Virus record (IMG/VR): IMGVR_UViG_3300032219_001391 | Location: 1-64,000 of that record | Reading direction: 5' to 3' (one strand) | Source of the DNA: a virus | Taxonomy: Duplodnaviria; Caudoviricetes | DNA length: 64,000 nt | Shown here: positions 1 through 9,871 of the stretch, in pieces | Numbering within the stretch: the first letter of the stretch is position 1 | Layout: each line of letters begins with the position of its first letter | Translations under genes and position numbers: made by a program | Notes under the pieces: generated by a model | Told to the model about the DNA's origin: nothing | Seen by the model: only the letters and a program-made list of their open reading frames with translations | The model's database searches: none

Positions 1-576
1 AAAACCTTTTAATGTTAAAAAGAATATAGGGTATGGTAAGTTAAAGAAACACGCATATGGTGAGTTATCCCCTTGTTCAAATAGTGCTCTTCCTTGGGGG
101 TCTACTAATTCCATATCAACAGATGGTGTTGATGATCTTGTATTTCTAATTTTAATTGATTTAATCCCTAATAACCCAGTATCTGATGGGTTTTTAACTA
201 CCTGATTATAATATTTAATATCTGAGTTTTCGCTAGATCTTCTTTCTTGTACAACCTGTAATTGATTTATAGCACCACCCGCCAATGAATCCCTACCAGT
301 AATCTGATCCAAATATTCATTAGTTAAAAATTCTTTACCACCTGGCATTAAAAAATTAACCGTTGCGATCTGTTGATTAGTGACCGAACTCGATAAATTA
401 TCCCCTTGTACTAATTTAGTTCTTGGTACCATTTTGGCTTCTAAATTAGCATACATCACTAACTCCTCATGTTTTACCAATCTTTCTTGTGATAACCCAT
501 CAGGACCTATTATTTTATTAGGATCAACAATTGTAATATTTTGAAAATCTTTTACTACTAGTTTCTCATCTGCCAT
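1..576 (-). CDS. Partial (runs off the window start) baseplate hub / tail-associated structural protein
   Basis: Not in the ORF track. ATG at 574-576 overlaps the stop of the LysM gene. Manual translation MADEKLVVKDFQNITIVDPNKII...LGIKSIKIRNTRSSTPSVDMELVDPQGRALFEQGDNSPYACFFNLPYPIFFLTLKGF is open to position 1. Function inferred from tail-module position. Confidence 0.6.
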   Translation of the reverse strand, partial: MADEKLVVKDFQNITIVDPNKIIGPDGLSQERLVKHEELVMYANLEAKMVPRTKLVQGDNLSSSVTNQQIATVNFLMPGGKEFLTNEYLDQITGRDSLAGGAINQLQVVQERRSSENSDIKYYNQVVKNPSDTGLLGIKSIKIRNTRSSTPSVDMELVDPQGRALFEQGDNSPYACFFNLPYPIFFLTLKGF

Positions 577-889
577 AATAGAAAAAATATGTTTTTAATG
601 ATGATGTGTATTCTTGCAAAGAAGTTATTAAAGGAAACGGTATGTTTATAATCGTACCATCAGGTATATTAGACTCCAAACCACCATATTGTGGATTTGA
701 TTGCATAATTAACCACCCAAAAAATGGTGATCCATAATATTGTTGTGAAATCTTATCCATTCTAGATTTACCAACTCGATATATGTAGGACTGATCTGTC
801 GCTTTTTGTCGTAAATTTACATACGGAACAACTGTTTGTTGTCCGTTAATTACGAAGTCACTATACCTGTCATAATACTCTAAAGCCAT
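566..889 (-). CDS. LysM / tail-X-like baseplate wedge protein (gp53-like)
   Basis: YRVGKSRMDKISQQYYGSPFFGWLIMQSNP...IPDGTIINIP matches the LysM-like pattern of baseplate wedge proteins; coupled to neighbours. Confidence 0.75.
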   Translation of the reverse strand: MALEYYDRYSDFVINGQQTVVPYVNLRQKATDQSYIYRVGKSRMDKISQQYYGSPFFGWLIMQSNPQYGGLESNIPDGTIINIPFPLITSLQEYTSSLKTYFFYYGR

Positions 890-3800
890 TAGTTGAATAT
901 TTTCTTAAGGTTAAATTGGTCTTTAACACCAAAATTATTATTATCGAACAATTCTCTTGCACGAGTTTTATCATCACTAGTAAATGTAACACCATCATCA
1001 GTAAAGTCAGTAGTTCTTACAACACCTGATGGATATGCATCAAATTCTAAATACTTTGAGTTATTTTGGTCAGTTTTATAATTTTGTACTACCTTTTTCT
1101 CTTCATTTATTTCAGTAATATACACAGGTTTTATTCTAGAATCATAATAAACATATATAAGATCCTTAAAATCTGGACTTGTGTTAAGTGTTAAATTTGA
1201 TATAAATGAATCCGTTTTATTTATAATTTCATTAGCAATTATCATAAACTCTCGTTGATCTACAACACCACCTATACTTGTTTTTGAAATAAACCCACTA
1301 TTTGAAGTACCATCGTAATCATACAATAAAACGCCAGATGTCTCTAAACTCGTTATGAAATCATTATAATAATCTTTAACTTTAGTTAGATCTGATAAAA
1401 TTTGATCAAATACCGCAATATCATGCGTTAATCTATACAGTTGTGGTTCTCCATTTTTAATAAAACCGTCATTATCTGTTAAAACATAATTCATTGAGTC
1501 TATTGTATATACTAAACTCTGTTGTTTTGTTTGTATGTCGTTTATTGTTTTAGCAATTTGATCTAAGAAATTACTTTTATACGTTTTCAAAAAGTTTTTA
1601 TAATTATTCATGAATGTAGTCTTATCAATTTTAGTAGTACTTGGTGCATTTTGTCCTATATAAGTAAAGAAACCTATCTCATCGTTATCTATGTTTTCCA
1701 AAAATTTGTTGAATAAATTATCAACATATGTTTGATAATCACCAGGTATTCCAAAAATTTTAGTATCCAATGGTGTGTTATAGATATCAATTTTACCATT
1801 AACAAATTTTAGATTAGTCGTTAATAACTGAAGAATACCGTAATTATAATTGTTTATAATACCTTCATTAAAATTAACAATTGAATTGACATATTCTTTA
1901 GATTGTGTTAGAAGAGAATCCATGATCTTAGAATATGATATTGTACCAACAACTTTAGTAGTCGCTGATGTAGTACCGGATGGTGTTGTTGATGTTAAAA
2001 TTTCACCAATAGTTGTAGTACCTAATCTAGGTGTTGGTACTTGGATATTTTTAACACCTGTCGGATCACTACCCAAAATAGACGTAACAACCCTTTTATC
2101 AAGTGCCGAAGTGTCTTCGGTAGCATCAGATCTTGGATCATACATTTCAGTATTAGCATAGTAATTAAAACTTAACGCATTTTGTAATTTGTCTATTGGA
2201 CCTTTCAATCCTTGTCCTCCAACGAAATTAAATTGTAATGATACATCAACAATCATAGGTTGAAGTCCGATACCTTCAGGATTTAGATCAAGACCACCAC
2301 TATCATACTTAAAATCAATATTTGTTGGGATAATTTTTGAATTCCAAAAATCACCAACTCTTAATACCAACACCGGTGGTACCCCAAATGCGGTATTTCT
2401 AGCAGCGTTTGTTACTGTTTTACCATCCAAACCTACTGTTGGTATAGTATCACCAGGTCTTGCACATTGTTGTAAGAATGTTAATCTTGAGTTTAGTCCT
2501 TCAGGTGTCATTGAGTGGAAGGCAGGATTAAAATACTTAATCTTTTCTTTGATTGAGTCAAACACAAACGGATCAGTTTCTTTAAGAACGTCAAAGTAAT
2601 CACATTCTGACATCAATCTATTTAATATTTCTTTAGTAATACCGTCTTTAATACCAGTCTCTAATCTTCTACCCGGTTGAGCTGTTGGTTTTTTAGGTTG
2701 TGGTTTATTTGTTGGATTTGGTATTACCTCACCAGGATCCGTATCTATTGGTGCCGGAGTCTCTGTAGGTTCTTCGAACGTTATTTTATTTATAATACCA
2801 GCTCTACAAGCCATCGCCCTAACTGAAAAAATGGTATCACTAACGTTAGATGCCGCTTTTCTATCCGCATCGGTACAGTTATATGAACCAAATGTTTCAT
2901 TATTGGTAAATGATTTAGGATTAACTGTTGTTTGTTCACCAACACCATCACTTACTATTGTTATTTTTTTCTCATCAAAAAGTTTAGGTAATGCCGCCTC
3001 CAAATATTTTTGAATAGAATCAATTCTTCTTTTAGATAAAATTATATTGTAAGCTTGAGACTCAGGTGAAGATGCTGATGCCGTTAAATGAATTGTAACC
3101 GTTTTAACTTTGTTCGTCTCAAATGCTGTTCTTAAATCGTTAATTAGTTTTGTAACCGCAGCAAAATTATCTTTAACAACTTTAGTGAAAAAGTTATTAA
3201 CCGCGTCTGATTGTCCTGTAGGACAATTAGCCTTGTATCTATCTATATTAGAATCTGATGTATAAGTATTATAATATGTATCAAAATTATATAAACTTAC
3301 AGATTCATTTGTTTGTCCATCAGGTGAGTTGTTTTCAAAATAAAAACCAACATTCACATAATTCTTAAAATCAATATTTCCTGTAGTATTTGATATTGTA
3401 CCAGGTTGATAATTAACAGTCTGTAACGCTTCATTAAATTCTTCAGGAGTTGCGTTTGGATTAGTAATAACCTCTTGTACCCACTTTAATTGATCAGGTG
3501 GTATTGTGTTATATTTAATTGCCAAATCATATAAATCGTATTCTCTACAACCCGCAAAAAATGAATTTATAACAGCATCAACTTTTTGTCTATCAGATTC
3601 ATTCGCCAATTTTTTATTAACAATTAAATTTAAGATAGATGGATGATCCACAACAATCTTGAAAGATAACGTTCCTGTTCTTGTAGTATTTTTGTAAGTA
3701 TAAACCGGTTCAGGTCTTCCAAGAAAACTCTCAGTATTGAACTCAGGTTTAGTTGTTTCAGAATATTTTAAGTCATAAGGTGGGAACCACATAATACGAC

Positions 3801-5688
3801 CACCATTAGGTCCTCTCTCACAAACCGGTAAATCAGATACTCTATACCCAAATCTTGAAGAGGTTCTCCAAGCTAAGTTTTCAATACTTAACATGTATTT
3901 CTTAACGTTCTTTTCAGACGCAGTTTTATCTACGTTTGATGATGTCGGTACAATATTAAGGTTATATGTACTATCCAAATTAGAGTATGCAAATTTCCTA
4001 ATATTACCTGTTCTTTTCTGTAAATTAGCAAAAGTAAAATATGGTTGGTCTTTGGCGAAAATCCTACAATATTCTTGACCTTTCTCAATACCACCCTGAT
4101 CAACAAATGAAATTACTTTACTACCTTTTGTAATTTCCTTATAACCATCATTAAAGACTTTTGAAACCTGATCTATAGCATTACCAACATGTGAAAATCT
4201 TTTCTCACCATTTGGTTGTGAATCAATTAGTCGTTGGGTAGTATCTAAAATACTATAAGGTTTTAGATCATAATTGGTTGATTCGTTGGAATCGTAATTA
4301 TTACTAAATTGATTGTATGTCGGATTAGATCCCCCATAATCACCACCAGGTGAAGCATATTTCCCTGCGTTGTTTTTGTATTTTGGAGAAGTCCAAACAA
4401 ATCCTCCCGCAACACCACCACCATCTTCGTATGATCTACCCCCAAGTCCGTTATTGAATTCTAAATTATTTTCAAAATCTTTTGCAAGATACTCAGGACC
4501 ATAAACGGGTGAATTCATTTCACGACCTGTAGGTGAAATTGGTAAATCACCGGGAGGTGATGTAAATGTAGATGGATCTCTATCTTTATCACCTACGTAA
4601 TAATTACCCGCACTGTCTTGTCTATTAAATATGTTGTTAATAGCACCAACAATACCGGTACTATATGTGTAATAAGGTCTATATCTATTTAATTCAACAT
4701 TTTGTTGTAATTGTTGTTTTTGAGCGTTTCCTGTATATCTTAAAAATAATTCAGAAGGTGTTCTACCTCTTGATCCTCTAGTTCCAAACAAAGCACCAAC
4801 AACACCGTCCTTAAACGCTTTAACAACCTGTTGTACACCTCCAACGTTTTGTTGTTCAACATCTTCATCAAAATAATCACCAGGAATTAAAGAAACAGGA
4901 AAATAAGTACCCGCTATCTTTTGTAAGATATCTACCGCATTACCAACTAAACCTCTATTATCAGTAATTCTCCAATCACGATAAATAATTGGTCGTTTAC
5001 CTGCAAGTAATAGAGAAACATTAAATGGATCTCTTAACGCGTCTATTAAACCAACTCTACCTATAGTTTCGTTTCTTACGTTTTGTTGTACTCTATATTC
5101 TAAATTTTTCTTAAGATATTGTAAAGAAAGTTGTGCAGATGCGGAATCAAGTGTTGATGAACCGGCACTACCTGTTGGTACTTTTTGTAATATAACATCA
5201 TACGGTGAATAACTTGATGGTCTAAAACTTGGTGGTTCCCAATAAGGTTGTAATGTACCTTTTGCTAAAATATTTTCCGTTATATTATATGTGAGATCAA
5301 AACCATTTGATGGTGCGTATCTATTTTTAATAACAGCGGCTTCTTGGAAACTTTTTGAATATAACTCAATAGCATCCAAATATTGTGGATAAAATCCATA
5401 TTCTCCTTTGTTTGGGTCTCTTGGTAATAATGTTGAATAGTTCGGATTTCGATTATACCCGTTATTCGGTCCAAATTCATTTAATTTTGACAACCCATCA
5501 ACAAATACATCATCATCAATAAGAACATCGGGTGAATCAATAACCGAAAAATCACCTAATACTGTTTCATAATTTTGTTTACCTATCTGAGGTGAAAAAC
5601 TACCAGGTTTCCTATATGGAACCAAATTACGAACTATTAACTTTTTCCTTAAGGATTCTGTAGCATTAAACGATAACGGACTTCCCAT
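889..5688 (-). CDS. Large baseplate/tail structural protein with an internal OmpA-like domain
   Basis: 1599 aa. Tube-initiator-like segments (FLGRPEPVYTYKNTTRTGTLSFKIVVDHPS; IGLQPMIVDVSLQFNFVGG) flank FYFENN...LTASASSPESQAYNIILSKRRIDSIQKYL...DGVGE (OmpA C-terminal-like). Lies between tape measure and LysM genes. Confidence 0.65.
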   Translation of the reverse strand: MGSPLSFNATESLRKKLIVRNLVPYRKPGSFSPQIGKQNYETVLGDFSVIDSPDVLIDDDVFVDGLSKLNEFGPNNGYNRNPNYSTLLPRDPNKGEYGFYPQYLDAIELYSKSFQEAAVIKNRYAPSNGFDLTYNITENILAKGTLQPYWEPPSFRPSSYSPYDVILQKVPTGSAGSSTLDSASAQLSLQYLKKNLEYRVQQNVRNETIGRVGLIDALRDPFNVSLLLAGKRPIIYRDWRITDNRGLVGNAVDILQKIAGTYFPVSLIPGDYFDEDVEQQNVGGVQQVVKAFKDGVVGALFGTRGSRGRTPSELFLRYTGNAQKQQLQQNVELNRYRPYYTYSTGIVGAINNIFNRQDSAGNYYVGDKDRDPSTFTSPPGDLPISPTGREMNSPVYGPEYLAKDFENNLEFNNGLGGRSYEDGGGVAGGFVWTSPKYKNNAGKYASPGGDYGGSNPTYNQFSNNYDSNESTNYDLKPYSILDTTQRLIDSQPNGEKRFSHVGNAIDQVSKVFNDGYKEITKGSKVISFVDQGGIEKGQEYCRIFAKDQPYFTFANLQKRTGNIRKFAYSNLDSTYNLNIVPTSSNVDKTASEKNVKKYMLSIENLAWRTSSRFGYRVSDLPVCERGPNGGRIMWFPPYDLKYSETTKPEFNTESFLGRPEPVYTYKNTTRTGTLSFKIVVDHPSILNLIVNKKLANESDRQKVDAVINSFFAGCREYDLYDLAIKYNTIPPDQLKWVQEVITNPNATPEEFNEALQTVNYQPGTISNTTGNIDFKNYVNVGFYFENNSPDGQTNESVSLYNFDTYYNTYTSDSNIDRYKANCPTGQSDAVNNFFTKVVKDNFAAVTKLINDLRTAFETNKVKTVTIHLTASASSPESQAYNIILSKRRIDSIQKYLEAALPKLFDEKKITIVSDGVGEQTTVNPKSFTNNETFGSYNCTDADRKAASNVSDTIFSVRAMACRAGIINKITFEEPTETPAPIDTDPGEVIPNPTNKPQPKKPTAQPGRRLETGIKDGITKEILNRLMSECDYFDVLKETDPFVFDSIKEKIKYFNPAFHSMTPEGLNSRLTFLQQCARPGDTIPTVGLDGKTVTNAARNTAFGVPPVLVLRVGDFWNSKIIPTNIDFKYDSGGLDLNPEGIGLQPMIVDVSLQFNFVGGQGLKGPIDKLQNALSFNYYANTEMYDPRSDATEDTSALDKRVVTSILGSDPTGVKNIQVPTPRLGTTTIGEILTSTTPSGTTSATTKVVGTISYSKIMDSLLTQSKEYVNSIVNFNEGIINNYNYGILQLLTTNLKFVNGKIDIYNTPLDTKIFGIPGDYQTYVDNLFNKFLENIDNDEIGFFTYIGQNAPSTTKIDKTTFMNNYKNFLKTYKSNFLDQIAKTINDIQTKQQSLVYTIDSMNYVLTDNDGFIKNGEPQLYRLTHDIAVFDQILSDLTKVKDYYNDFITSLETSGVLLYDYDGTSNSGFISKTSIGGVVDQREFMIIANEIINKTDSFISNLTLNTSPDFKDLIYVYYDSRIKPVYITEINEEKKVVQNYKTDQNNSKYLEFDAYPSGVVRTTDFTDDGVTFTSDDKTRARELFDNNNFGVKDQFNLKKIFN

Positions 5689-5704
5689 CTATATTGTTTT
5701 ATTG

Positions 5705-5711
5705 ATAAATA
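5705..5711 (-). promoter_or_regulatory. TATTTAT putative late promoter
   Basis: 16 nt upstream of the ATG at 5688. Confidence 0.55.
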
Positions 5712-5754
5712 TTATAAATTGTATTTTATAGTAGTGTTCAATTAAATAGGGTCG

Positions 5755-7446
5755 TTAAAAACTAAAACTAGGTAACGATTGTCTTAAAATATTTTTAACA
5801 CCTTCAATAAAATCAGTGTTACTAAGCAATTGATTAGCATCTATAGAATTAGTGGCATTTGACAGATTTAAGTTAATATTACCAATAACATTATGAGTGA
5901 GAGACCCCGTTATCGGATTGGTTGTTGTACCAACAGGATTAGTAGTTGTTGTTGGTATCGTAGATTGTATGTCACTTCTTAAATCCGATACAGTACCAAA
6001 TAAATTATCATAAACACTCTTAAACGTATTAAAATCACCACCACTTCTAGTTCTAAGAGAATTTTCTATGTTTTTTTCATAATTTTTAAATTCATCAACA
6101 AGCTTTTGTGTTTGTTCTGAGGTAATACCTAAAGTTGTTCGTAATTTATCACCTAATTCAGTAGGATTAAAATCCCCACTAGTAACTGCAGATCTTAAAG
6201 TACTTGTTAATACATTTGCAAGTTCAGGACCTGCAGCCGAAACCTTACTTGGTGGTAAGGTTTTTCTAATTATATCAGATAACTCTGATTGTGCATCAGT
6301 TAATGCACCAATAATAGCCTGTCCTGGTGAAATCCCAACACCTAACCCAATAGTGTCTCGTATAGAAGTTAATAAACCTCTTTGAGCCTCTGCCACTGTT
6401 AATTGTCTCTCGGCGATAGATTCCAAAGTTAATGGTTTTGCGGCCTCTTTTAATAACGCTAAATCAGGTTGTGTTAATTCTGAAACTAATTTTTCAACAC
6501 CACCTATTGAAACTGTGAAACCACCTTTATCCTTATTAAAATCTGCCATACCCGCTATCAGGTTTTTTTCTTCTTGGGTAATATTGGGTAAAAGGTTAAT
6601 TTCTTTTGAAACTTCTGCAAATTGTGCTTGAGCTTTAGACAACTTAAAGAACTCGTCGTAACTCATTCCAAGTGTTGTTGATAATTCTTTTGCAGCTCTA
6701 ACACCTTCAGGTGAGAATTGAAATCTACCAGTTTCTTTGTTGAAAGATCCGAACTGTTCTGTCGCTCTTAATGCCGCATCTTGTAAACCTTCAACATCAT
6801 TCTGTGCTAGATACATCAATCTAAATGGATCCGCCAAATCACCAACCGCAACTCCTAACCTTTGAAATGTGTTTACCGCCTCAATGGCACCGTCGGGATC
6901 AAATACCTTTTCAGCAAAATTAAATACCGAAGTCATATCAGAACGTAATGATGCCGCCTTTGCCGCCATTCTAGCTAAACCATCAACACCAGTATTAAAA
7001 CCATATTGATTGGCATTTTTAAGATTACTTTCAACTTGACTAAGTACCGCTTGAGTATTTACACCAAATTTTCTTGAGGTGTTTGATATTTCTTGTAATT
7101 GTTCTCCAATCGTTGATAAAGCATACCCACCTTCATAAAATACGTTTGCCAAAGCACCCATTTGTTCTGCCGATTGACCAAATGCTTTACCTGCACGTAA
7201 AAGTTGTTGTGCGGTATCAACAGATAAAACAAAATTGGTTTTCATATTTGAACCAATTTTTTCTTGTAACTTTGCAACATCTGCTAATTCAAATGCAAAT
7301 CGTCCTACAACATTTTGTATTTCTGCAAAACTTCTATAAATTGATTCTTGTAGTTCTACAGCAGTACCTATAGACGTTTTTGCTTCTATAGATAGTTTCT
7401 GTAGTTCTTGTGCCATTTTTACAAAATCAAAAGGTCCATCAGCCAT
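5755..7446 (-). CDS. Probable tape measure protein
   Basis: 563 aa, helical and A/L/Q/G-rich (GVDGLARMAAKAASLR, FQRLGVAVGDLADPFRLMYLA); directly downstream of tube and chaperone genes. Confidence 0.65.
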   Translation of the reverse strand: MADGPFDFVKMAQELQKLSIEAKTSIGTAVELQESIYRSFAEIQNVVGRFAFELADVAKLQEKIGSNMKTNFVLSVDTAQQLLRAGKAFGQSAEQMGALANVFYEGGYALSTIGEQLQEISNTSRKFGVNTQAVLSQVESNLKNANQYGFNTGVDGLARMAAKAASLRSDMTSVFNFAEKVFDPDGAIEAVNTFQRLGVAVGDLADPFRLMYLAQNDVEGLQDAALRATEQFGSFNKETGRFQFSPEGVRAAKELSTTLGMSYDEFFKLSKAQAQFAEVSKEINLLPNITQEEKNLIAGMADFNKDKGGFTVSIGGVEKLVSELTQPDLALLKEAAKPLTLESIAERQLTVAEAQRGLLTSIRDTIGLGVGISPGQAIIGALTDAQSELSDIIRKTLPPSKVSAAGPELANVLTSTLRSAVTSGDFNPTELGDKLRTTLGITSEQTQKLVDEFKNYEKNIENSLRTRSGGDFNTFKSVYDNLFGTVSDLRSDIQSTIPTTTTNPVGTTTNPITGSLTHNVIGNINLNLSNATNSIDANQLLSNTDFIEGVKNILRQSLPSFSF

Positions 7447-7466
7447 ATTATCTCATTTTATCTATT

Positions 7467-7473
7467 ATAAATA
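7467..7473 (-). promoter_or_regulatory. TATTTAT putative late promoter
   Basis: 20 nt upstream of the tape measure ATG. Confidence 0.55.
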
Positions 7474-7478
7474 GATCT

Positions 7479-7644
7479 TTAATCATTTTTTGGTGTAAAC
7501 TCCTCGATTAACTTATCGTGTAAAAAGTTTCTAACAAATACCGGTAGTCTCAAAAAAGACTCCCACTGCATACTATTATGTCTTGACAAATTATAAAATT
7601 GTGTCAATTGATTTATTCGGTGATTAGAAGAAAGGACGAAAAAA
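7479..7644 (-). other. Candidate +1 programmed frameshift site and 52-codon extension of the tail chaperone
   Basis: UUU_UUU_CGU_C at 7644-7635. The +1 frame is open to TAA at 7479-7481: (F)VLSSNHRINQLTQFYNLSRHNSMQWESFLRLPVFVRNFLHDKLIEEFTPKND. Fills the gap before the tape measure gene. Confidence 0.6.
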
Positions 7645-8367
7645 GTCCGCCCCAAAGGTGATCGGAACTTCCACCTTATTTCCTGACGGGGCTAAAACAG
7701 TCTTAATCAAATCAAGTTTTGGTTCATTATCCTCAACGAATTTTCTAACAAATTTTGAATCTTTGATTGGCATGGCTTCAACGTACTTAGAAATAATTAA
7801 ACCATCCGAATCACCATTAACTTCAACAATCATCTTACGTAATCTAGCCGTTATTATCGGTGCGGTACGACCTACAGGATACTGATCCACCAATTTTTCA
7901 ACATCTCTCCTTTCACCATAATTTAATGGTTTCACTTTAACTATGTCGCCAGACATAGGTAATGTAATTGTAAATGTACCATCCGAATTTGGTTCAACTG
8001 AAGGTCTTCTAATGTTAAGTTCATCCAATTGGACTATTGTCTCAAATCTTTTACCTGTTTCAGGATCCGTAACATTAAACGTATATTCACTTCCAAAAGA
8101 AGTATTTCTTAAGAAAATTAAAATAGCCTCAATGTCACCCCATAACATCTCATCAGGGTTCAAATCAGATTCGTATAATTTATTTCGTACTAATTGATAA
8201 ATTAAATCATTTGGGTTTGAAAATAAAAAGTTCTCGTCAGCGGCAGTTAAATAACCAACCTTAACGCTTTTCTTTTTATTCTTATAAAAGACACCATTTG
8301 ATGGTAATTGAATTACATCGTGTGGTAAATTAAAATCCATCTGTCCGTATTGTGAAATATTTTCCAT
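7624..8367 (-). CDS. Baseplate hub / tail assembly chaperone (T4 gp26-like)
   Basis: HDVIQLPSNGVFY, VKVGYLTAADEN, GDIEAILIFLRNTSFG, C-terminal VPITFGADFFRPFF; position between tube and tape measure. Confidence 0.7.
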   Translation of the reverse strand: MENISQYGQMDFNLPHDVIQLPSNGVFYKNKKKSVKVGYLTAADENFLFSNPNDLIYQLVRNKLYESDLNPDEMLWGDIEAILIFLRNTSFGSEYTFNVTDPETGKRFETIVQLDELNIRRPSVEPNSDGTFTITLPMSGDIVKVKPLNYGERRDVEKLVDQYPVGRTAPIITARLRKMIVEVNGDSDGLIISKYVEAMPIKDSKFVRKFVEDNEPKLDLIKTVLAPSGNKVEVPITFGADFFRPFF

Positions 8368-8397
8368 AAAAAAACCATAGGGGTTTGCCCTATGGTT
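8368..8397 (-). terminator. Rho-independent terminator after the tail tube gene
   Basis: Perfect 10-bp stem AACCATAGGG (8373-8382) / CCCTATGGTT (8388-8397), 5-nt loop, followed on the minus strand by a T-run ending at the ATG at 8367. Confidence 0.75.
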
Positions 8398-8429
8398 AAA
8401 TATAATTCATCAATATTTTTAGTAAATGA

Positions 8430-8918
8430 TTAGTAAACTAAAATACAACGATCAGGTCTTAATGTAATTTGAAGTCCTGCCAACTTATCGTCTTTGTAGT
8501 CAACTCCGTCCCAAGCCGCTTTAGTGATGAAACAGTTTTGTAATATCCATTTTTCAACTACAACACCAGTTGGATCTAACATTTCCAAATCCACGTTTTT
8601 CTTATAACCCGCCGCATAACCCATACGACCTGTAACTGATTCCGCATGTAAACGAACCCATTCCATGATCGCTTGTGTTGCGGATGGACCGATTGGGTCT
8701 ATTAGTTTCACGTTTAATTCTTTCCATTCAAATCTACCAGCAACATATGTTGAAGTGTTTAAAAACGGGATATCAACAGGTTTAATATCAATACTTGGTC
8801 TGTCAGATGTCTGAATGAACCACTCGTTAATTCCCAAAGTTGAATCAAATCTTAATATAAACCTATTCGCCTTTTTGGGTTCATACGGAATAGGTACTTT
8901 CATTAACAAATCTGCCAT
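8430..8918 (-). CDS. Tail tube protein (T4 gp19-like)
   Basis: YEPKKANRFIL, YVAGRFEW, EWVRLHAESVTGRMGYAAGYKK, LDPTGVVVEKWIL; downstream of the sheath gene. Confidence 0.88.
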   Translation of the reverse strand: MADLLMKVPIPYEPKKANRFILRFDSTLGINEWFIQTSDRPSIDIKPVDIPFLNTSTYVAGRFEWKELNVKLIDPIGPSATQAIMEWVRLHAESVTGRMGYAAGYKKNVDLEMLDPTGVVVEKWILQNCFITKAAWDGVDYKDDKLAGLQITLRPDRCILVY

Positions 8919-8949
8919 TGTCTTATTTTTTAATTTTGTTTTATTTACT

Positions 8950-8956
8950 ATAAATA
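8950..8956 (-). promoter_or_regulatory. TATTTAT putative late promoter
   Basis: 31 nt upstream of the tube ATG. Confidence 0.55.
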
Positions 8957-9007
8957 GTATGAAATCTTTTTTCTATTTACTTTTTATTTTTTAAGGTCTA
9001 TTCTCTA

Positions 9008-9868
9008 CTAGAATTTTCTTTTTTTACCACCAGCAGTTAAATATGTCTGTATTGGACTTTCTTTATCTCCTTTTTCAAAATGTGCTTTCATTTTTTCAAC
9101 ATTTCTAATATCGTCATCTGAAAACCCGATTTTTGGTAAAACAAACTTATTTGAAACTCTATTTTTAACATATGCTTTCTTATGTAATCTTTTAGCGGTC
9201 TTTTTAATATAAGATATGAATTCTTCCATCGCCTTAATTTTACCCTCTTCAGGACTTTGAGCTGATCCAGAACCAAAACTAACGGGATAAAATCTACACA
9301 TATTAAGATACCATCTAACCAATTCATCGTCTAACATATCATCCATATCGGCAATCTCTCTATATTTACGAAGATTTTTAACCAATTGTGACATATCAAT
9401 ACCATTGTGATTACTAACAATCATATTATAAACCGCATCTTTTAATGTTTCAGGATTATGTCCTCTGGCCGTTATGATTGAAAAGATTGATCCACTATTG
9501 ATTGCTTCAACAAAATCATTCCATGCCGGTCCTGTCTCAGCCTTCATAGAATCTATCAAAAATTGTTTATCACCCTCAGTTCTGAAATTTCTGAATGGAT
9601 CATCAGCAAAGTCAACAATAACATTGTTGTTGTATTCAAAAGGTTTTTTACCTATCTCTGTACGATACTCTGCAAAATCCTCAGTACTCATACCAATCTC
9701 ATTACCATCTTCATCAACAAGAATGATTTGTGTCGGCATATAAGCAATATTATCATCCCAATCAAACGAATAGTATTTCATATCCGGAGTACCCTCATCA
9801 CCTATCCCCTCGGTTATATAGGAGGGGATAAGTGAATTTAGGATTCTTTGTTTTAATAAGTCTCTCAT
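9008..9868 (-). CDS. HAD-superfamily phosphatase-like protein
   Basis: Motif I YSFDWDDNI, motif II IITARGH, acidic motif IV IGFSDDD. Confidence 0.6.
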   Translation of the reverse strand: MRDLLKQRILNSLIPSYITEGIGDEGTPDMKYYSFDWDDNIAYMPTQIILVDEDGNEIGMSTEDFAEYRTEIGKKPFEYNNNVIVDFADDPFRNFRTEGDKQFLIDSMKAETGPAWNDFVEAINSGSIFSIITARGHNPETLKDAVYNMIVSNHNGIDMSQLVKNLRKYREIADMDDMLDDELVRWYLNMCRFYPVSFGSGSAQSPEEGKIKAMEEFISYIKKTAKRLHKKAYVKNRVSNKFVLPKIGFSDDDIRNVEKMKAHFEKGDKESPIQTYLTAGGKKRKF

Positions 9869-9871
9869 CTA

